This document shows positions 1 through 16,936 of a stretch of DNA of 64,000 bases, piece after piece; the stretch's first letter is position 1, and each line of letters begins with the position of its first letter. The translations under genes and the position numbers were made by a program. The notes under the pieces were generated by a model. That model saw nothing but the letters and a program-made list of their open reading frames with translations, was not told the DNA's origin and did not search any database. The stretch comes from the human T2T-CHM13v2.0 reference genome, Homo sapiens. The stretch lies in the NCBI RefSeq assembly GCF_009914755.1, contig NC_060931.1; one strand, given 5' to 3'.

Positions 1-159
1 TACTCTTTTAGGGAAAATCTCAAGTACAATACAATATTATTTCATGGAGCCCTCCTGTTGCACATTAGATCTTCTAATGTTATCTTATGTCATCAAATGC
101 TATCAATGTCAGGATTGAATTCTCATTACCATGGAATGGATTAAACTGGGGCAAGAGTA

Positions 160-380
160 GGAGCAAATAGATCAATGAGGAGGCTGTTCCATTAGTGCAA
201 GCAGAAATGATGATAGAATGGACTAAAGCAGTGTTGGTAAATATGAAGAGAAATGGACAGATTAAAGTGGATAGATTAAAGAGATATGTAGAAAGCAAAA
301 GTAATAGGATTTGGGGGTTTGATAGAATTGGATGTTGGGGGTAAAGGTAATATGGTTGTCAAAGATGACACCATGGATTT
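160..380 (-). mobile_element. L2 LINE fragment
   Basis: Purine-rich degenerate L2-like sequence (gtggatagatt...gagatatgt...gtcaaagatgac). Confidence 0.5.
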
Positions 381-539
381 TAGGAAGGAGGCAGCACTCT
401 TTAACACGGACTTATTAACCCTGCATAGTCAGCTTCTCCCAGCTCCATCCCCCAACCTCTCAGCCTTTCCAGCTTCATCTTATACCAAGACCCTCTCAGG
501 ATCCGGTGGCGTTTACTTTCTTTTATCCCTCTTATTTCC

Positions 540-938
540 TGTGCTTGTTCCTGAGCAGGACCTTTGCACCTATAGTTCCTACTACCTGTAATGCCCTTAC
601 CCAGCTACCTGACTCCTTTTCATCATTCATAGTTCAATCACCGTTTCCCCAGGGAAGCTTCCCCTGATTTCCTTAGTTAGTCCTAATTTTCCTATTAGAG
701 CTCTCATATATTGTGTACCTTCTCTTTGTAGGATCTGTCCACTGGCAGCTCACACTTATTTGTGTGGCTTTTCAGTTTAATGTTTGCCTTACCCTCGGTC
801 CTCCCACTAGGATATAAACTAGGATATAAGACAGGGACTGTATCTTTTTTGGCTCGCTTGTGTATTATAGCCTGGAACCCTGTGGTTGCTACGCACAGAC
901 ACACACACACACACACACACCTATTAGTGAATGAATAA
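540..938 (+). mobile_element. L2 3' end fragment with (CA)n at ~893-920
   Basis: ctttgcac...gttcct...tgtaatgccctt, cagggactgtatc, ending in tgaatgaata. Confidence 0.55.
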
Positions 939-1399
939 CAGTAAAAGCAATGGAATATATCACAAAGAAAAATACTGGTATATTTAATTACATTAAGACT
1001 ATATTCTTCTCTGCATTAAATAAGACTACATAGCAAATAATGAACAAGTGATAAACTTGGAGACATAGTCATAATAAATAGACAACAAGATTACACCCTC
1101 AACAGAGTTCTTACCACATCAACAATAAAAACACTGATAATGCCTAATAGGAATTGGCAAAAACCAAATAAAAAACTCCAAAAATCCCATGAAGAGAAAG
1201 GGTTCTGACAGCTTCTCACTGTAAAAATTGGAAGCCCAAATCAAACTAACCTAAACACTAAGGAAATAATATATTTTTGCATGTAACCAGAAAGTCAGGT
1301 TGACTTCTCTGAGGTTCACAAGATAACACCCAGCAGCACGTGGGGACAATACGCTTTCCTGTTCACATTCATCAGAGAAGTGGAACCTCTCTCTCTCTC

Positions 1400-1630
<231 letters not shown>

Positions 1631-4600
1631 TAGAATCTCTTTTCTAGCAACAAAATACAAGTGCTTCTTCTCAGCCTTATTGACTCAGATTAGGACCAAC
1701 CTGGATTAAATCTCTTGTCACAGGAATGCTATGTTTTGATTTTGAACCTTTCACTAGCCAAAGAGATTGGATTACTATGCTTGGTTCAATAGTAATCAGG
1801 ACTCATTCCGAGAGCTGGGGTCAATTCCAGAAACTACATTGTTGTTGAGGAGTGAAACACGATGTCCACTGTAATTGGCCATAACCATAGGAAAGAAATG
1901 GTCAACTTTAGGATTGAGGGAGATAGAAGAAAATAAAGACAGCTGTGAGGCATCATTTTTCAACTCAAATTTAAAGCTGGCTTTTAAAATTACACCATTC
2001 ACTGAAAATGGATTATAAATTGATTTAACTTTTCTGGAGGGCAATTTGGCAATATATGAAGCACCTTTAAAACATTTATGACAAATTTTGGAAAGTATAC
2101 ATATGTGTAGAAATAAGGAAACACAAAAATGTTCATGTGGCTGCCACTAAGTGGTAAGTTTATAGATGATTTTAATTTTCTTTTTAATATTTTCCATAGT
2201 TTTTAAAAACAGGCCTAATTACATTTATTTAAACACAAAGAACGTGAAGTAACCTGTTATTTAAGAACATGGACAAATTCCAGTCAAGAATATCCTCTAG
2301 AAGCTTGAGAGGTGGGAAAAGTAGTTTGGGGGATTTATTTGCTCTCTCAAGGTGATGAAAAGAAAAATATCTGAATCAAAGAGTCTGAGTTATGGAATTC
2401 TCTGCTTCTGGGGTTCTAGTGCAGCCCCGTTGGTCTGGAATTCAGGAAAAAAGATACAAGGCATAAAATCCCACAGAAAGTTACACAGTTGCAACAGAAC
2501 ATTTAGCATTTATTGCTTGTTCTTCTAATTAAACCTCTAATTCAACTCACTAGGCCCTTGCCTGCTAGCTTTAGTGAGTAAAGTTGAGACCATGTGACTG
2601 GACTTAGCTTGATTTAATGTCATGTTCATTGAGGAGAATGGTTGGACTTTTTTTTAAAAAACATGAGCATAGGAAATATCTGAAGTCACTTTTAACACTA
2701 GTCTGAACATGTAGGATAAAGGAATGTGTGTTACTGAATTGGGATTTCCAATAGATATTTAACCCAATGTGATTTGGTGATGATGTTCTTTCTTCAGATT
2801 TAATTTCATAATTTCCTCACTTATCTCAGACCACTCCCTCAGTTCGCTTTCTGCCTTAACTATCACCTCTAAGTAACATGGGATAAGTCACTTAACCTTT
2901 GCTGTATCCTTTCAAAAATAGGCCTCTGTCACGGAATTTCCTCTCTCTAAACATCTCTAAAGTTCTGTTGGTGTGAAGAATTAGTACGTCTCTTCTGGTT
3001 ATATGAATTTAAGAAAGCATTTAGGTTAATGAGGGAAAATTGAATTTTAATGGTCCTCCCTTAAAAGGCTTTACAAAAGATTTTTTAGCTAGATGAGGTG
3101 GGAATATATATGCTAGCACCAGATTCCACTTATCAGTCATCCAGCAGTTACAGCAAGCCAGCAGCTCTGCCTGCGCCTGAGTTGGCCATGTATAGACAAG
3201 TGAGGACTGCAGAGGCAGGAAATATGGGGTTACGTTGATTTCCCTCTATTAGCAGCAGCTTAAACCGGCATGCTGGGCAGCACTGTCTCCTATTGGCTAC
3301 AGCTGCTGAGAGCAGCAGGATGAGGGTTGACCTATATCTGTCAGGTGTAGGTCAAACCCTGAATTTTTGTTGCAAACTTCAGTCTTCTAGAACGCCAAGT
3401 TTCACTTGTGCTCAACCACATACAATATTTTTATCAGGATCTGTGATATACTCCACCTGCAAAGAGCTTGCATCTGTGGGTTTCCCTCTCTGGATTCTTT
3501 TGCTTTCTTTCTTGCTGCCTCTCCCTCCTGTCACCCTCTTACCATTTTTGTCCCCTGCTTCCGTGTCATCCTCTGGCTGAGAAGGGTTGAGATGGTCACA
3601 GCTGTGCTCCTTCTAGTAATCACAGTAACACCAGCCCTTCTCTGCCTGCCCCAGTTTCCATCTGACCAAGCTGTGCCCGTTCCTTTCAGTTGCAGTTATT
3701 GCCCCAGGTTGGCACAGCCTGTGCACATATGTGCTCCTCTGGGCCACCATGGTTTCGGAATGTGTCAGTTGCTAATTACAACTGCAGCTGTGCACAGAAA
3801 TACAGCACACATTCAAAATGTGGGTCCTAAAGTTCCTACACAGTAAATATTTCTTGATAGTTTTAAGGCCATTTTTTTTCTTATTTTTTTTTTGTAAAGA
3901 TAGACTTTTAAGTATTTAGACATGTATTTTTCTAGATGAGAGAATAAACTACTTGAATTTTCATTTATTCAGCCACCATCTAACTGTGACAAAGGTCCTT
4001 TCCCTCTGCCTTTGGTCTCAGTCAATATATGTATGTTGTTTTGGGACTTAATTGGTATTGTGTTTGTATTTATTTACACTGACATCACAATGTGAAACTT
4101 ACCATAGTCAGTCTTGCCTTCATACTAAAGCATCAGTACACTGTGGGCTTCCACTTACAATGCAGAAACTGCATTCCATGACCCGTTATCATTTCTTCAC
4201 TGAGGCCTTGTAGTAATAGTAAAGAAGCCCAAATGCTGGAAAAATTATTCTAGAACCTCAGGTCCCCATGCGTACAAACTACATCACAGTAATTTGAGAT
4301 GGAAAAGACCTATTAAGTCATCCCACTGATTCTCTGAGGACCTGCGGTGTTTTTTCCCTCTCCAACAGGCTGATCTACTTTTTAATGGCTTTTCCAACTG
4401 TAAATGGCACAAGTGATGGGGTTTCCACCCTTCCCAAGGGATGATGCTGTACAGCCTATAATAGATCTCTCCATTAGGGCCTGTGACTCGTTCAGCTGCC
4501 TAAATCATCTTTGTTTTGACTTTCATTTACCATCACTCCTCCTGCTGTCCCCTTGCACACTAAATAATTTCTCTCTGTCCCCACTATTTACACCCTTCAA

Positions 4601-6399
4601 GTACTTGTTGCCCATGAGCCAGTCCCGTTAGAGCCACATGGTCATGCTGAGAGACTTGTCTCTTTCATCTTCCCTCTGAAGGCTGTCCCTTCAGACTTAT
4701 GAATCATATTTGTTGCTCTTCAATGAATGCCCATCAGTTTCTTAATAATTTGCCTCATTTCTTTGTTACTGACACTGCTCAGGAAAATCTTCTTTGTCTC
4801 CGTCGCTGCAAAACAAGAAGATAATGGTAGTAGAATCTCTGCTAACAGAAAATAGAGCGGAGCTTTTCAGCTACCAGGTATCTTCCTACCCAGGACAATG
4901 GAATCATCTAATCAGTTATCTTTAACTCTCTTACTTGGGGTGCACAATTGCTATGTTAACAGGTGTTAGGTGTGCATGTGGAGACAGGGATAGTTCATCT
5001 ATATTTTATCTGGGAAGGCTTTGTTGTGGTGTATTTAGTTAATGCCCATTAGCTGTTTAAGTCATATTTCCCCACCAACCTCACTTCCCAGTTGGAAAAG
5101 CTTCCTTGAACTCCCTCAAGAGAATGCTAACCTCCTCCTTTCCATTACTATGCCTATGTTTACTGATACTAAATTGTGTGACATCAGTGACATCAGCATC
5201 TTTGCCAGAGGAGGAATTCCTTTGCTATGAGAGAGGCAGAGTGTGCCCTTTACCTTGAATGAACATGAATGGTACGGCAAACCGGGAAATTCTGGCAGTG
5301 GGTTTTGTAATTCCAGGGTTAATAGTGTTCAGCCTGTCCCGTCTGTACCCCTCTCCAGAGCCTACTCCCTGGCTACTGTGTGTGCTTATACACCATCTAA
5401 AGTACTGAATTTAATAAGGTCTGGCCTACTGTGCTCATTGTTCGTATTTATGCAATAATAATAATACCAACATAGTGCTTCACAAACTGTTTTTGTCTAA
5501 TTGCATCATCCCATTTAGTAGTTCCAACCATCCCGTGAGGAAGGAATTACCATCTTTCTTTCACCAGGGAGCAAACTGAGACTTAGAGATGCTCTATTGC
5601 CACAAATTTCACAAACATCCCATAAATTCTCCTTTGGAGTCCCTCTTGTCCTCCCTCTGAAATCACTGGAGAACATGCTTTCTGAGCAGTATGTGAAGAG
5701 GCACTAACTGCATATAAGTTCCTAAAGTCACTGAAATGCTGGCCATGGCATAATGTTTATCTGTGTTCTCCTTTTGGCAAAAATAGAGTAGCTAGACATC
5801 ATCCACAGTTTTATATGAATCCTATTATCAGTAGGATAATTCAGTTGTTACACGATGACAGAAAGAGTATATACAAATTTTAAGAAATAGCTTGCTATCT
5901 CTTCCTAAACAATAAGGTAATATTATTAGGCATGGACTAAAAGTGAGCTTATCTATTCAAACACCAATTCAGACCCTAAGGGTATCTGTTTTTCCTGCAA
6001 AGTTGATGAGATTATACACCTAAGATAAAAGAAGAAAGAGCTATATTTCATTAAATGTTAATAACATGATTTGAAGAAGCAAAGAACCGAAAAATACTGA
6101 CTTTTATTTATGAATAATATAAAAAGCAGAAATATAATTTTCTACCAAATACATGGTGGTAAAGGAGGCACAGCAGCCTAAAATTATGTTAATAGCTAAG
6201 CAAAAGAGGACATTTTATTTATTCTACAACTGATTTTCAAATAGGCTTACCAATATTTTAAACTTGGCATAAATGTGGTTATGGTAGGAGAAAAGCCTGT
6301 ACTAAAAGGGTTTTATCCTTTAACAAACTGAAGTGACATCAAATAAATAAAAGACTCTTCAGCTCCAGCAATCTGAAGAAAACCCAGGTCAAGAAAATT

Positions 6400-6572
6400 A
6401 TGCATTTTGTTGCTACCTGTACAAGTAGTCCATTCCTTTTTATTGCTGAGTAGTATTTTATTATATGGATAGTACACAATTTGTTTATACATTCACATAT
6501 TGATGGACATTTGGCTTCTTTCCAGTTCAGGGGTATTATAAATAAAACTGTTATGTATATTTGTATGCAAAA
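6400..6572 (-). mobile_element. Old L1 (L1M) 3' fragment
   Basis: ttattgctgagtagtatt...gatggacatttgg; the minus ORF shows the L1 ORF2 C-terminal motif WKEAKCPS...YYSAIKRN. Confidence 0.75.
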
Positions 6573-7867
6573 CAAAGAAGAAAAATAAAATTATGCACTT
6601 AAGTGAATTGCCCTCTTCTGTGGCCTGGCCAGAGAAGGCAAATTGCAAGTGTATGCATATATTGTCCACACACAGAAATGTTTAGAAGTTACCATGTCTA
6701 TCAATAGGGAGGGAAGAATTATTTCTTATATATTAGCTTGCGGGCCCCCACTGTCTCATGTACGGCTAACTCTAAATTCAGCTTTGTGGCTGGACTGGAT
6801 GGTGCCTGTGACTTTCTAGGAAAAAAACGAAGCCAATGCATCTTTGAAGATACATCCTTAACTATGCCAGCTGTACCTTACAGTACCCACTGTTTAACCG
6901 TAAAAATGGGGGGGAGGGGTAAATGCTATCATACTTACTGCTTTTTAAAATTACTGCAAATGCAATACATGCTTACTACGGCAAAATTTAGAAACACAGA
7001 AGAGGAAAAAACAAACTCAGATACTTTTCATTCCAAAGTAACAACTTTTGACACACCCTTCCAAGCCTTATCTACATACCTATATATGATATGTGTGTGC
7101 ATATATATTCATCTTTTTAAAACAGTAAGTTTTGGGTTTAAATCTTCCATAGTACTAACTAATTGACTACTCTGTCCTTTAACTTAAGATCTCTGAAGCC
7201 CTTATTGAAGAACTGATGCTGTTTTGGGCTGATATAAATAGGGTGACAAAAATGCTTTAGTTAGGTTTTAAAAAATGCATTTACTTTAGATGAATCTTAT
7301 GAGGCTATAGGTTTTTTAAAAGTACAAGACCTTTTACAGTCAAACCTTGGATAAATATAATGCCTAGAAAATGTATTATATCTGTTATTATGGACATTAT
7401 TAAGGTAAATGAATCTTTTCCAGGGGTTGCAGTGTGTCATTGAATTCTACAATACCAAGGGACTGAAACTGACTAGACCCAGCTTTATGAGGTTTGGGAG
7501 TGAGGCAGGAAAGACATAGCTGAGTTAGATGCCAGACCTAAGTCACTATGGATGTCATTAAACTCACTGTCTTTACCCAAGAACTTCCTCCTGACAATGC
7601 TTTTCCTTTTTGCTCTCAAGACCAGACGTTCTAATGAATGTTTCTTTAGCATTTTCCAGTTTATCCTAAGATAATTCACAAATATTAAAACATCTATGAT
7701 GTCCCTATTGAAGACAGTTCATCAAATACCTCATGATTTGATTAAATACTTCATCAAATCTAAGACACCATCATAAATTGTGCCATTATTTTAAGTGATG
7801 CCAAGAAAAAAGATGCTGCCAATTAAACAACAACAAGCCATTCATTTAAAATTTTATCCACGTTTCA

Positions 7868-8183
<316 letters not shown>

Positions 8184-9488
8184 TTATCCACATTTCAGAG
8201 ATGTTAAAATGTAAAAAAGTTTCTTATAATAAATAAACCGTGGCATTTGTTTAACACCTACACATTTCATAGACAATATTCAGTCATATACCATGAACAG
8301 ATTTTTAGCGCCCACTGCATAATAGGTTATGAACAGAGAAGTTCCAAATTAGAATGGATATCTTTGACATTTAATTCATTTATTTATTTTTGGATTGAAA
8401 TAAGAACAAAAATGTTCATATTTTAATATGTATGTTTCTATAGAGAATATTCTGTTTCCATACCTTACATTGCAGTCTCTAAGTGGGAGCAGAAGCCTTC
8501 CATGTGATCTTGAGTGTCTTTATCTCCTTGTAATTTGTCCTCAGAGATAACAAAATTCTCAGTTAGACTGCCCTTTTACCTTAAGAAGCATGACTGAGTT
8601 CTTTCCTTTCATCTTCAGGCTGCCAGTTAGTGACTTAATTCAGTTTTAATAAAGTCATCAGGCTTGGAAAATGCAGATTCATTCCAATTTATGTGTATTA
8701 TATCTTTTGCCCATTATATCTTTTGCTGGGCCAGTCTAATCACCAGATTTTACAGATGAAGAATGTGAAACTCAAGCAAGTTAACTGATTCATCCCTAAT
8801 CATTCAGAAGGGGTTTTTTCCCTGTCACAGACAGCCTGTCCAACACAAAGTCCAGTTCTCTTGAAGTCTCCTTTCATCTTAACAGATCCAAATATGTTCT
8901 TTCAGTTGCCTGAGAAATCCATTTTCTTCTAAATTTTCTGAAATCAAAATTCATCCTCTTTTTAACATTCTGCCCCGTATTAGCAGATCCTGTCTGGTTT
9001 CCAAATTTAGAGTCATACATTTTTCCCTAGGGAAGAGAAAGAGATATCCCCTATTTATCCACAAGAGTAATCTGCTACCTGGAATATATACATGGAACCG
9101 CTACTTGGTCAAATATAAATTAGCTCTAAGTGGGAGAAGGTAAGGCAACAACTTTTCATAGACTCCCATCCTTTCCCCTTTGAATTTTTACCTTGAATTA
9201 TCTTGTTTTCTTGCTTTAAAGTGGATTATCTGTAAAGCATGTGATAGAAACAGAAAGAAACATAAAATAAATGTTTAAAATGTGAAATTTTGATTAAGTT
9301 AAAGAATCACACTGAGCTTATGCAAGAAAGTATGGGACCCTATCATCATCGGTGGAATCAGTTTACCCAGCTATGTACTAAATGATTATGGTTTATTGAG
9401 CCACCTCTGAGCTCCTCCCCCTCTTCCCCAGTGTCCTGCTTCCTTGGGCCAAAAATAAACCTGTTAGCTGGAAAACAAGCTAGATGAG

Positions 9489-10202
<714 letters not shown>

Positions 10203-10804
10203 ATGAGGCTGGGCAAGGCTTGACATAACCCAGAACAAACTTTTTCCTGAAAAAGCAGAAAAAGCTTGACTAGCCTTAAAGGAGGTGGAATACAGAAGGC
10301 ATTAATTAGGAATGGTCCTAGAGGGAAATATACAAGGGCTTCTGAGAAGATGGTCTAAGAATGAGATACAAAGGAGCAGAGTTGATATGTGAGGTATAGT
10401 CCCTAACAGCATTTCTGAAATGACTACTTTTGGCAGAAGACACCCTTATTCTGCAGTTTAGGAAAACATTTGCCATTAAGTCATCTGGGTTTTTTTGCTC
10501 CCCCCATAAAAACAGTTCTTTTCTTAGAGTGGGAGACAAGTCCAAGTTTAAATGTTTAAAATCCTACTCATATTTCTGAACCACTTTCTTATCAGTTATA
10601 ATTGTAGATCTTACACTTACTAGGTAACTGAGGTTTGTATTTTTGATCTTGAAATGTGATGCCAGACCCAAACCATATTCTTTGAAATCATCAGGTTAAT
10701 GTGTCCTCAGCAAGCAATGTGACCCCCTACTAAGATGATTTCCCTTAAAAAACGTGGGACATTTAGCCATTCCAATTTCACCAAACGTAGATTTAGTATG
10801 TTGA

Positions 10805-11212
<408 letters not shown>

Positions 11213-11689
11213 TTATAGTAAAGGACATAGCTAAATTCAAAGCTGCTTTTAATCACAAATAAAAATAAAAAATTATCTTCAGAGAGACAAATCCAATAAA
11301 TAATTACATAAAAATAAAAATTCAAATAACATTGTAATTACAAAGTTCTAACATTTTATTGATATTGCAAACATTTTTGGTAATATAAACATAGGAAAAA
11401 TGATTTTAAAAAATTGAATTATATTATGGCTTCATTTGCTGTTTTCATTACTCATTAAAACCTTGAAAATAAATAAATAAATAAAGAAAACCTTGATAAG
11501 TATGGAGAATGAAATGAGCTATATAATTACAATGTGTCAAAGATTCCTTTAGATGCCATCTACATTAACTACAAGACTATTTTAAAATGAAGTATGTGTG
11601 CCAGGTGGCTGATAGGAAATTCTTAGATCAACAACCATTTTTTTTGCAGAATTTTTCTGTTCTTTAGCTAACAATAAGAACATAACTAC

Positions 11690-11830
11690 CAAGATAACAT
11701 TTACTGAGTGCTTACTATGTTCCAGGCACTGAGCTAGGCCTAGCTTTAAAAGTATTATTTTATTTACATCTTAAGATTTAAGAACCCCATGAGCCAGGTA
11801 TGATTATTATCTTCATTTTATACACATAGT
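11690..11830 (-). mobile_element. MIR
   Basis: taacatttactgagtgcttactatgttccaggcactg...attattatcttcatttta. Confidence 0.7.
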
Positions 11831-11942
11831 ATCATGTGCTTAGCTGTGTGTCTTCTGTGTGCCTTCTGAGTAGAGGGTTTTAGGCAAGAGCTAAAAGAAT
11901 TCTGGTAGTTGTATATGATAGTTTAGCATAATAAGAAATTAT

Positions 11943-12240
11943 GGCCAGATGTGGTGGCTCACACCTGTAATCCCAGCACTTTGGGAGGCTGAGTCAGGAG
12001 GATTGCCTGAGGTCGGGAGTTCAAGGCCAGCTTGGGCAACATGGCAAAATTCCAGCTCTACAAAAAATACAAAAGTTAGCCAGGTGTGTGGTGGTGCATG
12101 CCTGTTGTCCCAGCTACTCAGGTGGCTGGGGTGGGAGGGTCACCTGAGCCTGAGAGAGAGAGGTTGAAATGAGCCATGATTGTGACACTGCACTCCAGCA
12201 TGGGCAACAGAGTGAGACCCTATCTCAAAAAAAAGAAAGA
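11943..12240 (+). mobile_element. AluJ
   Basis: Full Alu with TSD aagaaattat. Confidence 0.9.
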
Positions 12241-13059
12241 AATTATAAGAAAAGCTAATTTTATTTCTAGTGTTGGACAGAGTGACAGTTTGCTGCTAAC
12301 AATGGGCTCTATGCTATTTAATAAATTTTTCCTCACTCTATACAAAATTCCATTCCTAATACAATGTTATTCTATTCTCAATTTTAAAACCTTTGCAGAA
12401 AATTATTTTACATGTGTGGTATGTGCAAAGCATTCTTTCTAGTAATATATGTAGACATGTTCAGTTTAGAAAAATGTAAAGAAGCCCAGAGATGAAAATA
12501 AGTCACCCTTTATCCCAGTAACCACAGGGAACCACTATTAATGTTTTGGCATGTGTTCTCTTGGTTGTTTTTATATATGCATATGTAAATATATATTTAT
12601 ATTCAATTAGAAACATACTTTACAGTTGAGTTTGGTTTTTCTGGTTTTTCAAATTCACTTGATAATATATCATTGGCATTTTGTTATGTCATTAAAATTT
12701 CTTCCACATAATTCTAACAATAACACAAAATTCCATTATATGGATATACTCTATTAGACTAATTTCTTAATGTTGGATATTTAAGTAGGTGGAGGAAACT
12801 TTAAATATAAATAGCTAAAGTCTTACTCATGCTATAGGCCTCAGATCTTTAATGATTAAAAAAATGTGCCCAGTAAAAGCCTTGGACAAAAGCTCTATTG
12901 ATCTCAATTTTAATCTAAAATTGCAGGGCTGAAGGTGGCCTCAGAGGAATATAGTCCATTTTTCTATTTTTCAGATAGGACTATATCACTATCCTAGATA
13001 TATGTCTCTAGAAACTATTCTTGAATTTAATGAGAGCAGAAGATTTCATAACACTGCCC

Positions 13060-13270
13060 AATGTAGCATTACAGTGACTTGGTCCTGTAGCACAGACTCT
13101 GGAAGTAAACAGACCCTAAGACCAAATACCAGGTAAAGGACTTTGACCTTTGACTTTGACCTTGACTTTTCTACCTCCTCATTCTTGGTTTCTATCAGTC
13201 TTGCAGGGTATCTGGGAAGATTCCATGAGATAAAATACATAGAGTGCATAGCAGTGTGAATGCTGAACAT
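13060..13270 (+). mobile_element. MIR
   Basis: gcacagactctggaag...ccatgagataa...gcatagcagtg. Confidence 0.55.
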
Positions 13271-13618
13271 ATGCTTTTATTTACCCTGTTCCTCTTAAAT
13301 CTTTAACTAATTTCCTTACATTCTTTCTATGACGAAAAATCCCCAAACACCAATATCTATGGCACTAAATATACCTGAAGGCCATGACTAACCCCTTCTT
13401 GAACTTCTTCTGCAAACTAAATAAAGCTAAATCATTTGACTTTTTCTAGCGTCTACATTCATAATTCTTTATTAAATTGTGGGACCCCAAATTAGGCAGG
13501 ATTTATTATAATTGCTCTGGGTGGTGATAGAGATTGTGGTGTAAGTTGTAAGAGTACACCTTATTTATTGTTATGTTGATGCCACTATAGCAAGAACTTG
13601 CTGGATTCTTATTTTAAT

Positions 13619-14020
<402 letters not shown>

Positions 14021-14869
14021 TGAATTCTTAAAAAGAACTTATGATGTAAGTTCTATGATATAAGTAAATAACTCGGGTTGTACTTGTAGGCCATCATGAC
14101 AAGGATGACTGCTTTTCTGTGCTGTACTTATTTCTTGGTTCTGATTCTTTATCTTACTTAGAAGCAGCTCCTTCATTGTTTCAAGTTGCTTTCATTAATT
14201 TGAGTCAGTTTTACTTCTATGGTGTTATCCATACACTCTTTCTTTTTTGTTACTTGTTTTGTTAATTTTGATTACATTTAGAGGCAAATGAATTTATGTG
14301 CACTTCCCTAGATCAAGGTGAAACCATGCCACATCTATGTGGTAAAGTATAGCTATGACATAGAAATAAAGGGTACCTCTTTTTAAGCAGTTTTCTCCTA
14401 ATGTAAGTCCAATAGTGCTGAAATTGTCTTCAGACTTACAAGTTTGAGTAGATTTTAGTATGTCATCTGTATGGATTATGAATTTGTAGGCTTTGGGTCT
14501 GAAAGCTGTAATTATCAATGTTTGAAAGACATCTGTGAAGGTGAGGATATGGAGACAATTAGCCAAAAGTTAGATATATAATTACCACACCCTGCCTTCC
14601 TATCAGGAACTCTGGATATTTAAAACAAATTAGGACCTTTAGACAGGCCCTTCTCTTATCAGGGTGCATCATCGGGTTGCCTTGAATGTAGGTAATCAAT
14701 CTCTTAGCCAGTAAGTGTCCTCTCTTGCATATACTATTAGCTCACAGGTCTTTCAGAGACCAACGTGGAAAAGAACCATGCCTCTCAATTACATCCCTGG
14801 CTCTTGCTACAGAGGGAATTTTTATAGTGAAGAAAAAACACTGGGGAAAAAAGTCACCCAATTTTTATA

Positions 14870-15050
14870 GTGAAGGAATCAGAAGACCTGGCTTCTACTT
14901 CTAGTCTCTCATGTGCTATCTGTGACCCCAGCCAAGGTTGTGGGCCTCCATTTCCCCATCTGTCAAATGGAGACAGCATACATGTTCTAACGTCACAGAA
15001 TTGTTGTGGTGATACAAAAAAGTCATAGATCTGAAAGCGCTTTTAAAAGT
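14870..15050 (+). mobile_element. MIR
   Basis: gaatcagaagacctgg...gggcctccatttccccatctgtcaaatgg. Confidence 0.7.
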
Positions 15051-16644
15051 TCTGTGAAGTTTCTATAAAACCCAGGAAATTGGGAAAAAATCATGCAGAG
15101 TCACATCATTTCCTTGGAATTTGGAACATTTGTTTCTCTTCCCATCTGTGACTAAGTACTACACATGTATGTTTTGATATTTATGAAACCATTGAGTACA
15201 TAGTTACACTATGAATAGTTACGACTGGAAGGTATTGAGAAAAATGACAAAATTCCTTGTTATTGATAATTAACAAAGGAACTAATCCTTTCAAGGGTAA
15301 AGCTACTTAGACCTGGCTCACAGCACTTATGCTCTAACTGATTTTCTTTAAAGAAAACTCCTGAAGAGTTTTCTAAGAACAAGTGAAGCAAGATTGGACC
15401 CTGAGTACAGAAAGTGGGCAGCTAAAGCTTCTTTCCTCAATAACAAGTTTAAGTGCCTTATTTATTTTTGTATTGTTAAGTGACACTTGTGAAAATACTT
15501 TGTTGAGTAATGATGCTGTGGCAAAACTAAAGTTTATTTAGGACACTGCTCCGCCCAAGGTGAGCAATTAAAGCAGGTATGTAAACCTGCTCCCCTGGGC
15601 TCCTCCACTCAACCACTTAAGTAAGTAGTGCTAGAAATGAAAAAGGGTGTGGGGCAAGATACATGGCATGGCTGGGGGTGAGAAGAAGTTGGAAGGGGAA
15701 GAGGAGGCCCCATGAAAGAATGAAAAAAAGTGTGAAGGTTGATAGGGAATCTATAACTAAAAATGGATTCTAACTGATGACTGATATCACTATATCAAGT
15801 TAATACAAATTGAGATGGCATAAGATTGATTAAAAAACAAACAACAAAAAAATTCTTTTTCCCGCATGGTATAATAATAACCACCTTATTTTAAATGTAG
15901 CCAGGAAGGGTTGTGTTTGTTCATGTGATCAGGTTTCCTCACTTCCCACACCTGGGGAAGTATCGGCTAATATTGATTTAGCACTAATTTATACCTGATG
16001 GTCAGGATCAACTAGAATGGAGAAAAACTGGTACAAATTAGAGGGGCTTTGTGTTCCCAGAAAGCAGTTTGGGCTGCGACTATTGTGTATCAATACAAAT
16101 CACTTTTTCTAGGAGGAAATGGAAATAAATTTTTCAAGGACCCGTATCTATTCTCAGCTGCTGTACTGCTAGTGTGCTCAAGATTTTGTTTAAATATGTT
16201 AGGAATGGATAAGATCAAGTTGCATTCTTATATTTTACTATGTTAGTTTATTAATCTGGGAGCTAAGCAAACCAGAAGCAGAACAGGCTTTAAAATATCT
16301 GACTCATTATTATATTATACATAATAACTGTTAGCTAGTCAGGTCCATTTCCCTTTTCCTCAATGAAATTTGCTATAATAAAAAAAATCTATAACCTAGT
16401 CTTATATATTTAAACACCACTGTAGATTATTTGGAACCATAGAATTAGATACCAATCATGTAAAATGAGTAGACCTCTTAGATTTTTTAAAAAAAATTCT
16501 ACAGGTAGAATTTTAAAAGCTGTTTTCTTTTGGTAATTTCCATGAATTGATGTCAGGTATCAATGTTTCTATGTATTTGGCTGAAAATGGAGATAATATT
16601 TTGGGCCTGAAATTATACTTGGTAAACTTTCATTTATTTCATAT

Positions 16645-16828
16645 CTACTGTTGCGCAAATTTGCCTGATCATAAAGATCACCTGAGGAACTTGTTAAAAA
16701 TTATACAGTCCTAACCCTCCCACCAGCAGACCAGCTGAATTAGACTCTCCAGGAAAGGGGACTGAAATCTGTGTTTTTAGCAAGGGACCCAGATATGCCT
16801 GATGATCTGACACATGTGGAAAATACAG
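16645..16828. mobile_element. MER5-type hAT DNA transposon
   Basis: atcacctgaggaacttgttaaaa...gaaatctgtgtttttagcaag. Confidence 0.65.
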
Positions 16829-16936
16829 TTTTGTTTCCTTTTCGTATTCCTCATGATGCCAGAGCTCTTCAACCCTATATTCACTTCTGACTATCTTGCT
16901 CTCCACTGATTGCACTGTTTTCTACTCCACCCTACC

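Noticed and set aside
3293-3846. 95-aa and 146-aa ORFs upstream of the gene
   Set aside because: TTG starts, no recognisable domain, no exon structure support.
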